From Flaccisagitta enflata (Eukaryota), in NCBI GenBank assembly GCA_965153355.1, contig OZ231126.1, positions 27,280,001 through 27,344,000 of the forward strand: a stretch of DNA of 64,000 bases, written 5' to 3'. The notes under the pieces were generated by a model. It did no database searches. It was not told where the DNA came from and saw only the letters and a program-made list of their open reading frames with translations. The position numbers and the translations under genes were made by a program. Of the stretch, positions 41,149 to 52,500 are shown one piece after another. Position 1 is the stretch's first letter; every line of letters begins with the position of its first letter.

Positions 41149-44100
41149 TTATCGTGGCTCAATCGTTATTTTCCGGTCCCAGCTGGCGGAAGCGAAGCTC
41201 TCTCTTGTTAAACAATTATTAATTTGGTGGCGGGTTATGCGGGGTGCATTACTATCATGCGTAAGCGGCGGTCTGATCGGCTTCGGTTTGGACCCGACAA
41301 AGTCCGAGGGTTTATAGATTCCCAGTTTGATCCCGAATTCCCGCTTCTCCTTTCGCATATGCTGGGGGAAAAATCGAACTTTCGGTTTGGTTGAGATTTC
41401 GACCTTTTGATCTTCTTTGTTCTCCGCGATTGGAGTATTGTCGGGTGGAACGCTTGCTGTAACCGCAGTGTTCTTCTCTCGCGTCGCTTCAGATCTTTTG
41501 ATGTCATCCGTGGTGAAGGATCCGATGCCGATGGGCTGACTAGGAGCGGTGAAAGGGTTTCTCGGCACGCTGAGAGATTGATGACTGACGTTAGAATCTG
41601 AACTTTCCTCGCCGTTGGACTGCTTGTCCTTCCACTCCAAATGTAGCTCTAAAAGGGTCTTTGAAATGTCGTTGTTGTTGCCATCACTGACCTCTTCAGT
41701 GGTTACGGTCGGTGTTTCTGCTTCATCTTCGTCGCTTTCGCTATCGCTCTCGCTGTCGGTGAAAGTTATTTTGGTAACGCTCGATTTGTTTTCATTGTAA
41801 TTGAGTGGAGACGAATTGTGATCGTCAGACGTAGAAGCGGAGATGAAGTAAGCGCCCGCATATCTTAAGGGTGAAGTGGCACTCTTGGAACTTTGCGGGT
41901 CATCGGCGAACAAGGTCGTTCCATAAGGCACGACGTGACGATTCTTTCGGCGCCTCTCATCATCCGGTCTCACATACAAATGGTTGACGGCGTTGGATGA
42001 AGGAATCTCGTAAGGATGTTGTTTCATGTTGGGTGCGGGTGGGATGACCAGGTTGGTAATTCTACTCCTCGCTTTCTGTTTTCCGAAGCTAGCGTCTATT
42101 TTTGCTTTGTTCGGCATGATTTTCGCTTGGCTCTGCCTTCTCTTGATCACCTCATATTTTTTCTCCAACTTGGTTATATCCGTGCTTGTCCTTTCTGCCA
42201 TAGCCATTCCTCCTTCCGACGACACGCCGGGTGGGCATTGTCCAGGGGAAGCGTCGCTGTGGGATCCAAAAACGGCTGGACCTATGCCTTCAATGTCCAA
42301 TGAATTTCGACTGGCTCTCCCAGGATCTATTGCTCGCGCGATACCGGCCATGTTGTCGTCAGTGGGTTCGTTGTCTGAGTGTTCTCTCGATGTTTTTCTG
42401 TTTTTAAAAGCCGCTTGCTCATTCAAAGCTATTGGCGAAATGTTGTAAGTATATTGTTCTCTCAGTTGGGTGAGCTGAGGGAAAGGGAAAGGAGCGAAGG
42501 AATAGACCATCCCCAGCAAACTATCAACGTCGATCATGTTGCTTTTCTGGTAGACGATGTCTTGCAACAGTTTGCCCATTTCCGTGTAGAAATCGTCGGC
42601 GGAATCGGTGTACCTGAGAAGCTTAGTTTGAAGCACATCCCATAGAGCCAGCGCCGTGCGTATGATAATTTCCGAACCTTCCATCATGATCGCGTCCCAT
42701 ATTCTCAAAACCGCGTGGAGCGGCAAACACGTGGCAAATAGCGTCAAGAACCATTGCATGGTAAAGACGTTGGTGAGCGGAGGTTCGTATCCACCAGATG
42801 TCTGATCTTGCTGCGCCTTTAATTGCAAATGCTTGAGATGCTTGGATAGCTTTGGGAGATGCTGGTTCATCAAGTCTCTGAAAACCGCCATGTCCACGGA
42901 CAAAGCGCGCAAATTGTTAGAAAAATACGATGGTGGCAGAACTTTATCGATGAGAAATATCATGATCTTCAATGCCTCTTCCTCTCTGCGTCCCACCACA
43001 TCGAGAATCAAGGCCGCGATGATGTTAAAACCCTGACAGTAGCCAATCTCTTTGTTCCATCTGGCGTAGCCGAGTAGGACACGTTTCAAAACGGCTCTTT
43101 CCTGATCATTATCGGTCCCCGAAAAAGTGCTACATCCTGTTCTGTGGAGGTCTTTGACTATCTGAATTCCAAGCTCATGATCATCTGGATTGCTGCGATC
43201 ATTGAACGCCGAGCGCTTGAGTTCCTTCCAATCCACTTTCATTTCACGGAAGTAGTTGTCCGCCAGGTTCAGCCAGATCTGAGGTGATTTTACGCGGTGA
43301 ATGGAAATTGTTGTGAAATATGGCTATCAGACAGTCAACACTATTTTTGGCCTGCTTATCTAACGACAGCATTATCTTGCTTTTTGAATTGAAAAATACG
43401 AGTGAATATTACCTTTCTGCGGATGAGGTTTGGGACTCCCCCAGACATTCGATTTGCCACCCGTATGGCGTCGCACCACTGTGAAAAGTTTTCCTCTCCA
43501 GGCGGTGGCTCTAGGTCGAATCTCATTTTAGCATCCACCTAGGACGAGAAATATGGCACTGAAGTAGATGATTTAATTTGAATCGGTAACGCGACGTAGA
43601 ACGTCAACGTATATTTTGAGATGAAGATGAAATATTTTACCTCTCTCTTGAGCGATTTGGCCTGCAAGCAAGCGGTGACAACGCTGCAGTTTGATTGAAT
43701 GATGGCTCTTTTCTTCGCTCTCGTCTTCAACTGCCGCAAAAGCCTCGAGTTGGTTTGCTGCACGCGGTGTTGCAGCTCTTTGATGATAGACTTGAGTTCC
43801 GTCTTGTCCTTGGCCAGAAGCTCCTTTTCCGAGTATTTCTTGACACTAATGGCGGCGAAAGCGGATGTTACACTTCCAGTTGTGCCGTCAAAGTCGCTCT
43901 CGATCGATGATTGCCATCTGCCGTCGTAGATGTCGCTCAAAAGTTCTTCCACTACCGAATCGGTTCTTGATGTCTTTTGGTTCACCACCGAGGAACAGAC
44001 GGACGACGACCGTTCTGGCGCCATGCCCCAGCTGCTATCGGATCTGTTAATCCTGGCGCCCCGTATCAGCTCTTCAAAACTGTTCACGGATCGCGGGGAA

Positions 44101-44183
44101 TCACTATTGGGACCGAGATCGATGCTCTCTCCGCTTTCAAAGCTGTCCTTCTTGGGCTGCCACCTCAGTTTGGGTTGAAGTTC
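41149..44183 (-). CDS. TBC1D30: TBC1 domain family member 30 (Rab-GAP); exons 44183-43641, 43538-43413, 43278-41149; upstream exon(s) not identified
   Basis: QIVKDLHRTGCS..LKRVLLGYARWNKEIGYCQGFN..YFSNNLRALSVDMAVFRDL..YEPPLTNVFTMQWFLTLFATCLP..LRIWD are TBC1D30-specific motifs. Confidence 0.92.
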
Positions 44184-45432
44184 CTGATGACGTATGAAGG
44201 TTTAAAAAATATTCAGAAGAATGGATTAAAACTAGTCATCCAAGGATCGCACATGGTCAGCGGTACCCAATGCCCCGCTGGGAGTGATTTAGTGAAAGTT
44301 GTGTGAACAGGGCTGTGTTCTTAAAGGGCCGATGTCCTTTAGAACGGGGGTGAATTTCTATGTTATTATTCATTGCAGATAGCCTCAGATCATTTAAATT
44401 GGGCTATATTGCCTTCAGACTAGGTAATGAAAATTTTTCAATTGAAATAGAAAACTGGGATTTAAAGGAAAACAAAAAGCTGAGGCTCTCTCGTTTTTAT
44501 CTGTGCTAATTGGCCTTTATTGTATCTATTGATATAAACTGAAGTAATTTGTATAGTTCAAAAAGGTAAGCTGTTATCATTTGATACAGGTTTGTTTTGA
44601 TTAAGATTTTAGCATTCTATAAAAATGATCATGAATTGTTGTGGATGCAATGGGGGTTATTTTTGTCCCCGACGAACAGTTTTCGTCGGTGACTATGAAG
44701 TAGCATTGATGTGTAGTCTGTCTGTCGTCTGTCGTCTGTTTAAAACCTTTACATATCTTTGGAACCAGACTTCAGAATTTTATGAAACTTTGCTGGTGTT
44801 GTTTACAGGTTCGGACGGATTTGTAAATGCTATATGTCACATTCCAACTTACCCCCCCCTACAGCCCAAACGAATCATCATAGAGACCTGAAATTTGGCA
44901 TGGACACTCATCTTAGGTCTAATCGTGGGGCCATCGAGGCGATTTTTGATAACTTGACCCAAAGCCGCGTTATGGGGCAGGGGTGGGGTACCCCAGGGGG
45001 GGCAAAAATGTCAAAAAATTTTTTTTCGATTTTTTTCATTTTTTCGACTGAATTACTTAATTTAGTGTCTTAGGCACCAGGAAAACTCATTATAACCTAA
45101 CTAACTCATTGTGATCATGATTTATTCACTCTAGAAGATGAAGTGTCAAAACCGAGACTTACGGAGAATTTTGCTTTTTCACCAATTTCGCTTTTTGCCA
45201 ATCTGACTATCTTGTATAGGCCATCCGCCGCCTAAAATTCCTACTTAGAAGTTCAAGCTTTTTCTTCAAACACAAACGTATTCATATCTATAGACAACAA
45301 GGGAAAAGATGTTACAATGATTTAAGGCCATTGGCGGAAACACACATAGTGATATGATTTAAAACCGCATGCCTGCATTGAGAATGGAATTGAAAGTAAG
45401 AGAATGATGCTTAGCGTCCTTCACATTGGCAG

Positions 45433-47960
45433 TTAATCGATTGCGTGAACTGCCCTGCATGGACTAGGGCAGACACATATTTCTCCCTCGACAACCGCAT
45501 CCGATCTCCAAAAAAAGCCATTGGCCGCTAGCCAAGATTTCGAGTTTGGGCGCCAACCACTAGACAGAAAGGCGCGAGTGGGGCAGTCATGCGCATGAAC
45601 TTTCGCCTTGGAGTAGTTCGGAGTGGCGTATTCGACTCCACATCCAGAGCCACATTTGAATCTGAAAGTAAAAATGTCAGGGTTACTCTGGAAAATGAAG
45701 AAAAGGGCTCCATGTCACAAGTATTTCAGGCATTTTGCAGGCATTTTGCTTACTTCTGATCCTTCTTGAGTTTTTTGGAAAAAGCTGGGGGATTGTGCCG
45801 AAATTCTGACGATTTCGAAGCTTCCGCGTCAGCGTAGAGAATCTCAAAGATTTTTGCGATGGATGTCTTTTTGGCAGGAGCCGCCGAAGCCATGAAGCGA
45901 TTGAGGTTAGCGGCGCTGACAACGGGAGTTTGGTTGTGCTTTTCGAGTAAGTCTCTCAGCGGTTTGGTCAGCTGGCTGTCTTCCGACCCATCCATGGCGA
46001 GTGACACACCTGTTGCGCGGAATGCCTTACGCTGCACAGCCGGAGTGACTGCGCCAGCAGCTTTGGCTACCAGTTGGCACACTTCTGTGAGCGAAGGGTT
46101 GGGGACGCTATCTTCTAGGTTTCCATCTCGATGACGCGCAATGATGTTGGCGATTAACCATTCTTCCGTTTCCTTCAATAAAGATAGATTCATTTCCTCA
46201 TTTTAGTCGCGTGCTAGCGACTCTGCAACTCACTATGTCTGTCGTTTGGTCAACATTTGCTTTAAGCGTTTTGGGGCGTCTTTTGCATCACTGCTCCTGC
46301 CCAAATGTTTGAGTTAGCATTTTTCATCACTGCCCCTGCCCACCCGCATGCGACGTTGGTAGCCGTGTATCCATGTATACATTGAGAAAAAATGTTTGAA
46401 GTCCTTATTCAATTATTCGCTCACCGTTGCATAAGCTTTCTGAAAGGCTGCGTTTATGAATGAATCACAAGGTTGCACGTAGCCGGATGTTCCAGGAGGC
46501 GTAAGAATGGGAAGGCGACCAGATTCGGCAATGATACGCCGAATCACCGGGTCTAAATGGCCTGGTGCTGCGTCAAACTGTGCATAGGATAAATTTGATG
46601 AAAAGTAATGAAATGATTGGAGGAGCACTTATGCTCTACTCGACAAAAATGAATAGTTTTAAAAATTTCATAGGCATAATTGTCCTAAGCGACTTGAGAA
46701 ATGATATCAATTACTTGGAGAATTGTTGGTTCTTCCACGCGAAACAAAGTGAGAAGAAGAAAAGCCATGGTGACCTTCCCTCCGCACCATGCCTTCATTC
46801 CAGGAGGCACCTTCACCACTGTCACTCCCTCTAAGACGGTGAACTGGACATCCAATTTCTTCACAACCACACATTGTTCCTTCGAATTCCAATCGCGATC
46901 TTCTACTTCAATGGTGTGGATGATGCTGCCAACCGGAAGTCCTTTCTTCGTCACGAGAAAAACCATGAGCTCCGACCCATCGGCATTACCAAACAAGATG
47001 CCAGTAAACGCCTCCTTTGGATTGGCGATCTTTTTGACGATTGGATCTTTGACGGATGCAAACTCGAGAGTGCGTTGATTCAAATCTTGATCACTCGAGT
47101 TCAAACGGATCTCATCAAAGTTGTACACGCGAGACAGAGGAATGTCATATTGAGCGCGCATCCAGCGGATTTGTTGAAGCATTTCCGCCGAGCTTTTGGC
47201 CAAAACCTTCAGGAAAGCAATCATCAATATTATGATATTTCTGAAAAGAAGTGAAACAAAAGGTTGATTTTACGTATTTGCTCAATTTTTTACCTTCAAG
47301 TTCTTGTGAATTTGGCGAGAAGCGCGTTTATCGACGATTTTGTATTTCTCCATGAAACGAGCGACTCTTTTACGAAGAACCTCACGAGTGTCTACCCACT
47401 GACGCTTTTGAGCTTCAAGAGCGATGTTGAACCCAATTTCCGCGCAAATCTGATAGACGAATTCTAAAAGATGGCGAATCTTGACGACGCATCCCATCGC
47501 TCGGCGCTCTTGAAACTTGACGAGGAGTTTTTCTTCGATGGGAAGCCAAAATTCATCGGTATCCCGGCCAGCACCCTCAGCGCGAAAAGGCAACGAACGT
47601 TTCGCTTTGCTGATGGTGTCTTTATTCCTAAACACTCTGGTTTGAGTATTTGGGGTCAAGTGGAAGCGTATTTCGACGTGCCTTTGTTTTTCGGGAGTTG
47701 AGAGGGTGGAACTGTTCCAAAACTCGATGGCGTCGCGTTTCTTTTTCATCGAGATACTCCTTCTTGGAATGAATGTTTTTCTTCCTCGAACGTGGACAAG
47801 TGCGTGATGACGAGCAACGTTGGATTTGTAGATGGTAGAAAAGCGGCAACCAATGCGCTTACACCGATAAACCTCTCGCTTGAGGTGATAAATTTGTCGG
47901 TGCAGCCACAAGCTATCGACGGATTTGTAGTGTCTGCCGCAAATGTTACACGATAATCCA

Positions 47961-48047
<87 letters not shown>

Positions 48048-48909
48048 CACAGACAGATTATTTTCAGTTGACTTGAACCACAGATAAACGAGTGCACCCG
48101 ATTCCGCCCGAATATTCTCTTTCAATCAATTTCCTTTGACTCGAAATATCAATTGTTGTAATGTTCTTTACCTTTACGCTTTTCTCTCTTTTTTCTTTTC
48201 CGCTGATCCGATGGTTGCGCTTGTGACGGTTGCGCCTGTGATGGTCCGTCGGGAAGTGAGTGTCTGTCAAAAGTCGACGCTTCACCGAGAGCCGACGCTT
48301 CACCGAGAGTCGACGCTTCACCGAGAGTCGACGCTTCACCGAGAGTCGACGCTTCACCGAGAGTCGACGCTTCACCGAGAGTCGACGCTTCACCGAGAGT
48401 CGACGCTTCACCGAGAGTCGACGCTTCACCAAGAGTCGACGCTTCACCAAGAGTCGACGTTTCACCGAGAGTCGACGTTTCACCGAGAGTCGACGTTTCA
48501 CCAAGAGTCGACGTTTCACCAAGAGTCGACGATTCAACGAGAGCCGGCAGTGCCTTGGGCTTTGGAACCGATTTTGCGCCTGAGATAAATATGCATGGCT
48601 TTTTACTGAAGAGAGTAGAATGAGACAACATCCCGGGCCCTGAAAAAGAAATGATTAGTAATCTACAAACTACAATTAGCAATGTGTGAAACTACAACTA
48701 CCATGTGTGTTTTTTTTATGATTTTTTAAATGCGTTCTATCGGTGCAGCGTTTCCCACAGATGTTGCAGCGCATATCCACTTTCCCCTTTGATGTTGCTT
48801 TCTTTGCGCGCGCTGCCAACAAGCCGGCATTTTTTGCTATGGGTTTCATAGGTTTGTCCGGTTCCCAATTGTCATCATCATCGTCGTCTCTCCTCTTGCG
48901 CTTGACCAT
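45433..48909 (-). CDS. Spliced pogo-like transposase, ~878 aa: C2H2 x3 - HTH - CENP-B-type HTH - DDE_1 (DD35D) - C2HC-like tail; exons 48909-48702, 48639-48172, 47961-47294, 47206-46715, 46577-46425, 46172-45754, 45661-45433
   Basis: All six introns are GT-AG and phase-consistent (2637 nt, no internal stop). Motifs: CNICGK..HLKNH..H; CNICGRHY..H...H; GAGR..IEEKLL..FQERRAMG..V..RFMEKY; VYNFDE; GNADG; KAWC; LQFDAAPGH-PPGTSGYVQPCD (35 residues between Asps); KAFRATGVS..DGSED. An unspliced stop also exists at 45750. Confidence 0.85.
48273..48545. repeat. 18-bp coding minisatellite (gtcgacgcttcaccgaga)n, ~15 units, encoding (STLGEA/T)n in the transposase
   Basis: Directly visible; the unit length preserves frame within exon 2. 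Confidence 0.95.
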
Positions 48910-49019
48910 GTCTACAAACTACTGTCTACAAACTATTGTCTACAAACTATTGTCTACAATCTACGAAAACTGGAAGCCTGGAAAGAAAAAAAAATTGAAC
49001 ACTTAGGCATTGGCGTAGT

Positions 49020-49544
49020 TCAGGATGAAGTTAAGGGGTGAACTTTAGGCATGTTTGCCCCCAAAACAAGAGAAGAAACACCATTTTCGTCCTTAAAAGG
49101 ACGAATAAATGGTTTCAAATTATCAGGACAATTCATAACGCCAACCCCAGGAAAAGAGTTCATTTTTTTTCGAGCGAAATGGGCAAGGAGGAACTTTGCA
49201 TCAGACCTATTCAAATCGCAGAAACAGATTCTCATGCCGATCTCCTGAGAATGTGTTACAATGGACAAGCATGACTGGTTTCTCCATTCTCCCACGCTTT
49301 CATAGACATTGGCTTGCAGTTTTGAATTTGATCGTAGGAAACGCCATACCACTCTTCTTGCACTCCTATCCACATGGCCAACTACATTTTCGTTGAAAAT
49401 TACGGCAATTGATTTTCCAATCGTGTAGGCTTCATCGATCTGAAGAGTTACTTCTTTGCCAAGGATAGTTGACGCTTCAACGTCATGTCGGAGAATGATC
49501 TTCGTGAACAAAACAGGCGACCAATCGTCGACCTCTTCCGCCAT
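49020..49544 (-). CDS. 174-aa HIRAN-like protein carried inside the transposon
   Basis: Intact ORF with the ATG two bases after a branch point/acceptor (ctaac..ttcaccttcag|tcATGG). LGKEVTLQIDEAYTIGKSIAVIFNENVVGHVDRSARRVVWRFL resembles the HIRAN pattern GxxxxLxxE...AIxV...xGyvp. Domain call is by eye. Confidence 0.6.
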   Translation of the reverse strand: MAEEVDDWSPVLFTKIILRHDVEASTILGKEVTLQIDEAYTIGKSIAVIFNENVVGHVDRSARRVVWRFLRSNSKLQANVYESVGEWRNQSCLSIVTHSQEIGMRICFCDLNRSDAKFLLAHFARKKMNSFPGVGVMNCPDNLKPFIRPFKDENGVSSLVLGANMPKVHPLTSS

Positions 49545-52500
49545 GACTGAAGGTGAATTAAGGTTAGGTGGTTTTCATGAATTATATGTTCACAGCTCCC
49601 CGATTCATTTTATAATTTTTTTCTGTTTGCATGCCAACGTTACCTGAAAGAGACTTTGCATTGGGTATTTACGTTGAGATAACAAATAATAGATCGCCTT
49701 TAACACGTGCCCTGAAATGAAGGATAGCTTTCATAGGATTAGTAAATGTCCATGAGGCCCTGAGGCCTGTCGGTCGTCATCGTAACTGCTCGGCAACTGC
49801 GAAGAGAATTACGTTGACGTAATTGAACTTTTCTTTCCCTGACCAGCCTGTTACCATGGATACGATGGAAAAACTTTTTCACCTAACCGGATTTAATTCG
49901 AGTGAAATCCCATGTTCCTAACTCGCTCTTGCGTTTGGGTGAGACATAAGATCCCTTTTTTTTTTCTATCTGGTTAATCATTTGGCGAGATGTTGGATAC
50001 TATATCTAATAAATAGAAACCTTAAACGGTATTCATTTAGGTAATAGGTTTAACATACTGTTTCTAGAAGCAGCTGATACGTTCTGGACTAGCTATCCTT
50101 TTCGTCTCCCAATTTTCAAGCTTCGAAGATCGCCGAAGACCTGAAAAAAATAGCAAGATGACACATCATGTTTGATTAGACATAATATTGCATTCAAACG
50201 AAGTAAATATTAAAATAATGCTTTATTCTGGTGCCTAAGACACTAAATTAAGTAATTCAGTCGAAAAAATGAAAAAAATCGAAAAAAAATTTTTTGACAT
50301 TTTTGCCCCCCAGGGGTACCCCCACCCCTGCCCCATAACGCGGCTTTGGGGCAACTTATCAAAAATCGCCTCGATAGCCCCACGATTTGGCACAAGATGG
50401 CTGTCCATGCCAAATTTCAGGTCTCTATGATGATTCGTTTGGGCTGTAGGGGGGGGTAAGTTGGAATGTGACATATAGCATTTACAAATCCGTCCGAACC
50501 TGTATAGGTCAATAGGAGCTTGTGTACCAATTTTCAAAAAAATTCATTAACTTTTACTACCCTTTGCCTATTATTTTTGTAGTAATATTTAACTGGGACT
50601 TATGTGGTTTACATAGGTAGAGGGTAGTAAAAGTTAATGAATTTTTTTAAAAGTTGGTATACAAGTAGAGGGTAGTAAATAAATAACCCCTGCAAAATTC
50701 GAATTAAATCTGAAGTCTGGTTTATGAGATATTAGCTTATTTATGTAGTTATATATTACTATGACTTAGACAGTTTACATAGGCAAAGGGTAGCAAAGTT
50801 ATGTGAATTCTTTTTTAATTTGGTTAAGATATTAGTTGAACTGCCCCTGCAAAATTCGAATCAAATCTGAAGTCTGGTTTTCCTTTTCTTTTCGTTTTCG
50901 TTTTCTCTCTCTCTGTTTTTATGTTTTTCTCTTCCCCGTTCTTTTTATTCTCTTCCCCGTTCTTTTCGTTCTCTTCCCCGTGTTTTTCCCCTTCCGCTCG
51001 TGTTCCCTCTCTCGTTCTCTGTCTTTTTGTTTTCCTGCTCGGTTGGGCGCTCGTGTTTTTTTCCCCTGTATCGTCTTTCCGGTTCTTTTCCTTTTTCTCT
51101 TGGCCCTGTTTTACGCCTTGCGTTTTTTAGGGGGTTTATCTCATGTTTGGATTATCATGGATTGATAATTATTATTGAATTTCGTTGTCGTTTTGCGTAT
51201 CGCGTTTTTATTGTGCCATTATCGTTATCGTTTTGCGTATTGCGTTCTTATCCCGTGTTAACGTGTCATCTTCACGTTTATATTGTTTCTAATTATTTAT
51301 TTTAGGAGTAATGTTCTTTCTGTCGTTGCTATTTTTTTTAATCTTTGATGTGTTTCTGGTCACGTTCCCATGTCTGGAAACACCACAAGGCCCCCAAAAC
51401 CCCCTTCCCCCCTTGTTCCTCTTTAACTAGGTAAATGCTCAACGCCGGCTCTCTCGTGTCTGCTGGCATTATGGTGGAATTGACTTTCGTGCGATGTTCA
51501 AGTCAATTGACAATTTGGCGGCGGCCCTTGTCCTCTCACTTATTCCCATACCTCAACATCAAGAAGCCTCATCCACTTGCGAGTGATTACGCTCCCGGAC
51601 AGCGACGTGGTTGGGGTAGTTACATATTTGTTGAGGGGGGCGGGAGATTTTCAAGGGAGAAAGAGAGAGAGGCGCGCGTTTAATTGCCCTTCATTGAGTT
51701 CCCTCCCCGCCTGTCTTGTTGGGTGGTTCCATTGGATGGGTACCCTTTCAACCCTGGTATGGATGGCACCTGGTGGGTATGTTTCGGGCCTCCTTGGTCA
51801 TTAGTCGTTGGTCATATCCATTGGGTTGGTCCACTAAGGGTGGGTTCCCTTCTTTTCCATTCTCTGCCCTAGTGGTGGCGCTTCAAAGCCCCAAGGCGCC
51901 ATTTAAGCTGCATATATCCATCGGCGGCAACGTTGGTAGGAAACCAAAGCTGGAACCGCTGCCTAGGGTTGTGGTGCCCCAATTGCGGGAATTGGATGCT
52001 TACCCTGTAGACGGTGGGTAGAGGGTCTTAATAAGGGCAGAAGGAGCGTATTTTTAACTTTAGTTGTTTGAATTTTGCCATTTTGTATTAGCTGTAGTTT
52101 TGTCGTCGATTTTGTCCTTTGGGTAGCATGGTCGGGTAAGGGGACGGGAAGGGGGTGTGTGTTTATTGAGCAAGCTGCAAAGCAGTAGCACCCTTCGTCC
52201 CCAGGGGGGGAATGTGCGGGTGGTGTATGCTGGCTCGTTTGTGTGTCCCCATCCTTATCCGATCCCCCCCCCTTTTTTTTTCACACATTGAAATTTTTGT
52301 TCTGGTATAGAAAGATGCACTAGATTTTGGCCTTAGGATCGATTATACCCCATAGGCTAGTGTGAAAAATGTGTCTTTTGTTGACTTTAGCAATGCCATT
52401 TTTTTGTCACATTGCCCTTTTGTGTCGCTTCCATAGCTGTACGGAGTTGCTTTAGATTTTATTCTCTGTCGCTCCATCCTGAAAATGTGCGTTTTTTTTT

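Larger units (their letters stand above)
44806..50502 (-). mobile_element. Full-length pogo-superfamily (Passer-like, DD35D) DNA transposon, 5697 bp, ~275-bp TIRs (44806-45080, 50228-50502), TA TSD
   Basis: TA|caggttcggacggatttgtaaatgctatatgtcac ... gtgacatatagcatttacaaatccgtccgaacctg|TA. The TIRs are highly similar through to taggcaccag/ctggtgccta. The element encloses a transposase and a second ORF. Confidence 0.93.
44660..50880. mobile_element. Hairpin-ended (Helentron-like) host repeat split by the pogo insertion (44660-44805 plus 50503-~50880)
   Basis: ttttgtccccgacgaa..ttcgtcggtgactat hairpin followed by (gtct)n. ccagacttcagaattt at ~44765 is inverted relative to aatctgaagtctgg at ~50709 and ~50864. 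Confidence 0.5.

Noticed and set aside
44834-45073. Near-identical small ORFs MSHSNLPPPTAQ... at 44834 and 50235-50537
   Set aside because: Chance translations of the two TIRs of the pogo element.
48273-48545. Regular short repeats resembling a CRISPR array (also 60303-60472)
   Set aside because: Head-to-tail units with no unique spacers and no cas genes, in eukaryotic DNA.
51360-52260. GC-richer unique block that might be a gene or retroelement piece
   Set aside because: No sustained ORF, splice pattern or recognisable motif on either strand.
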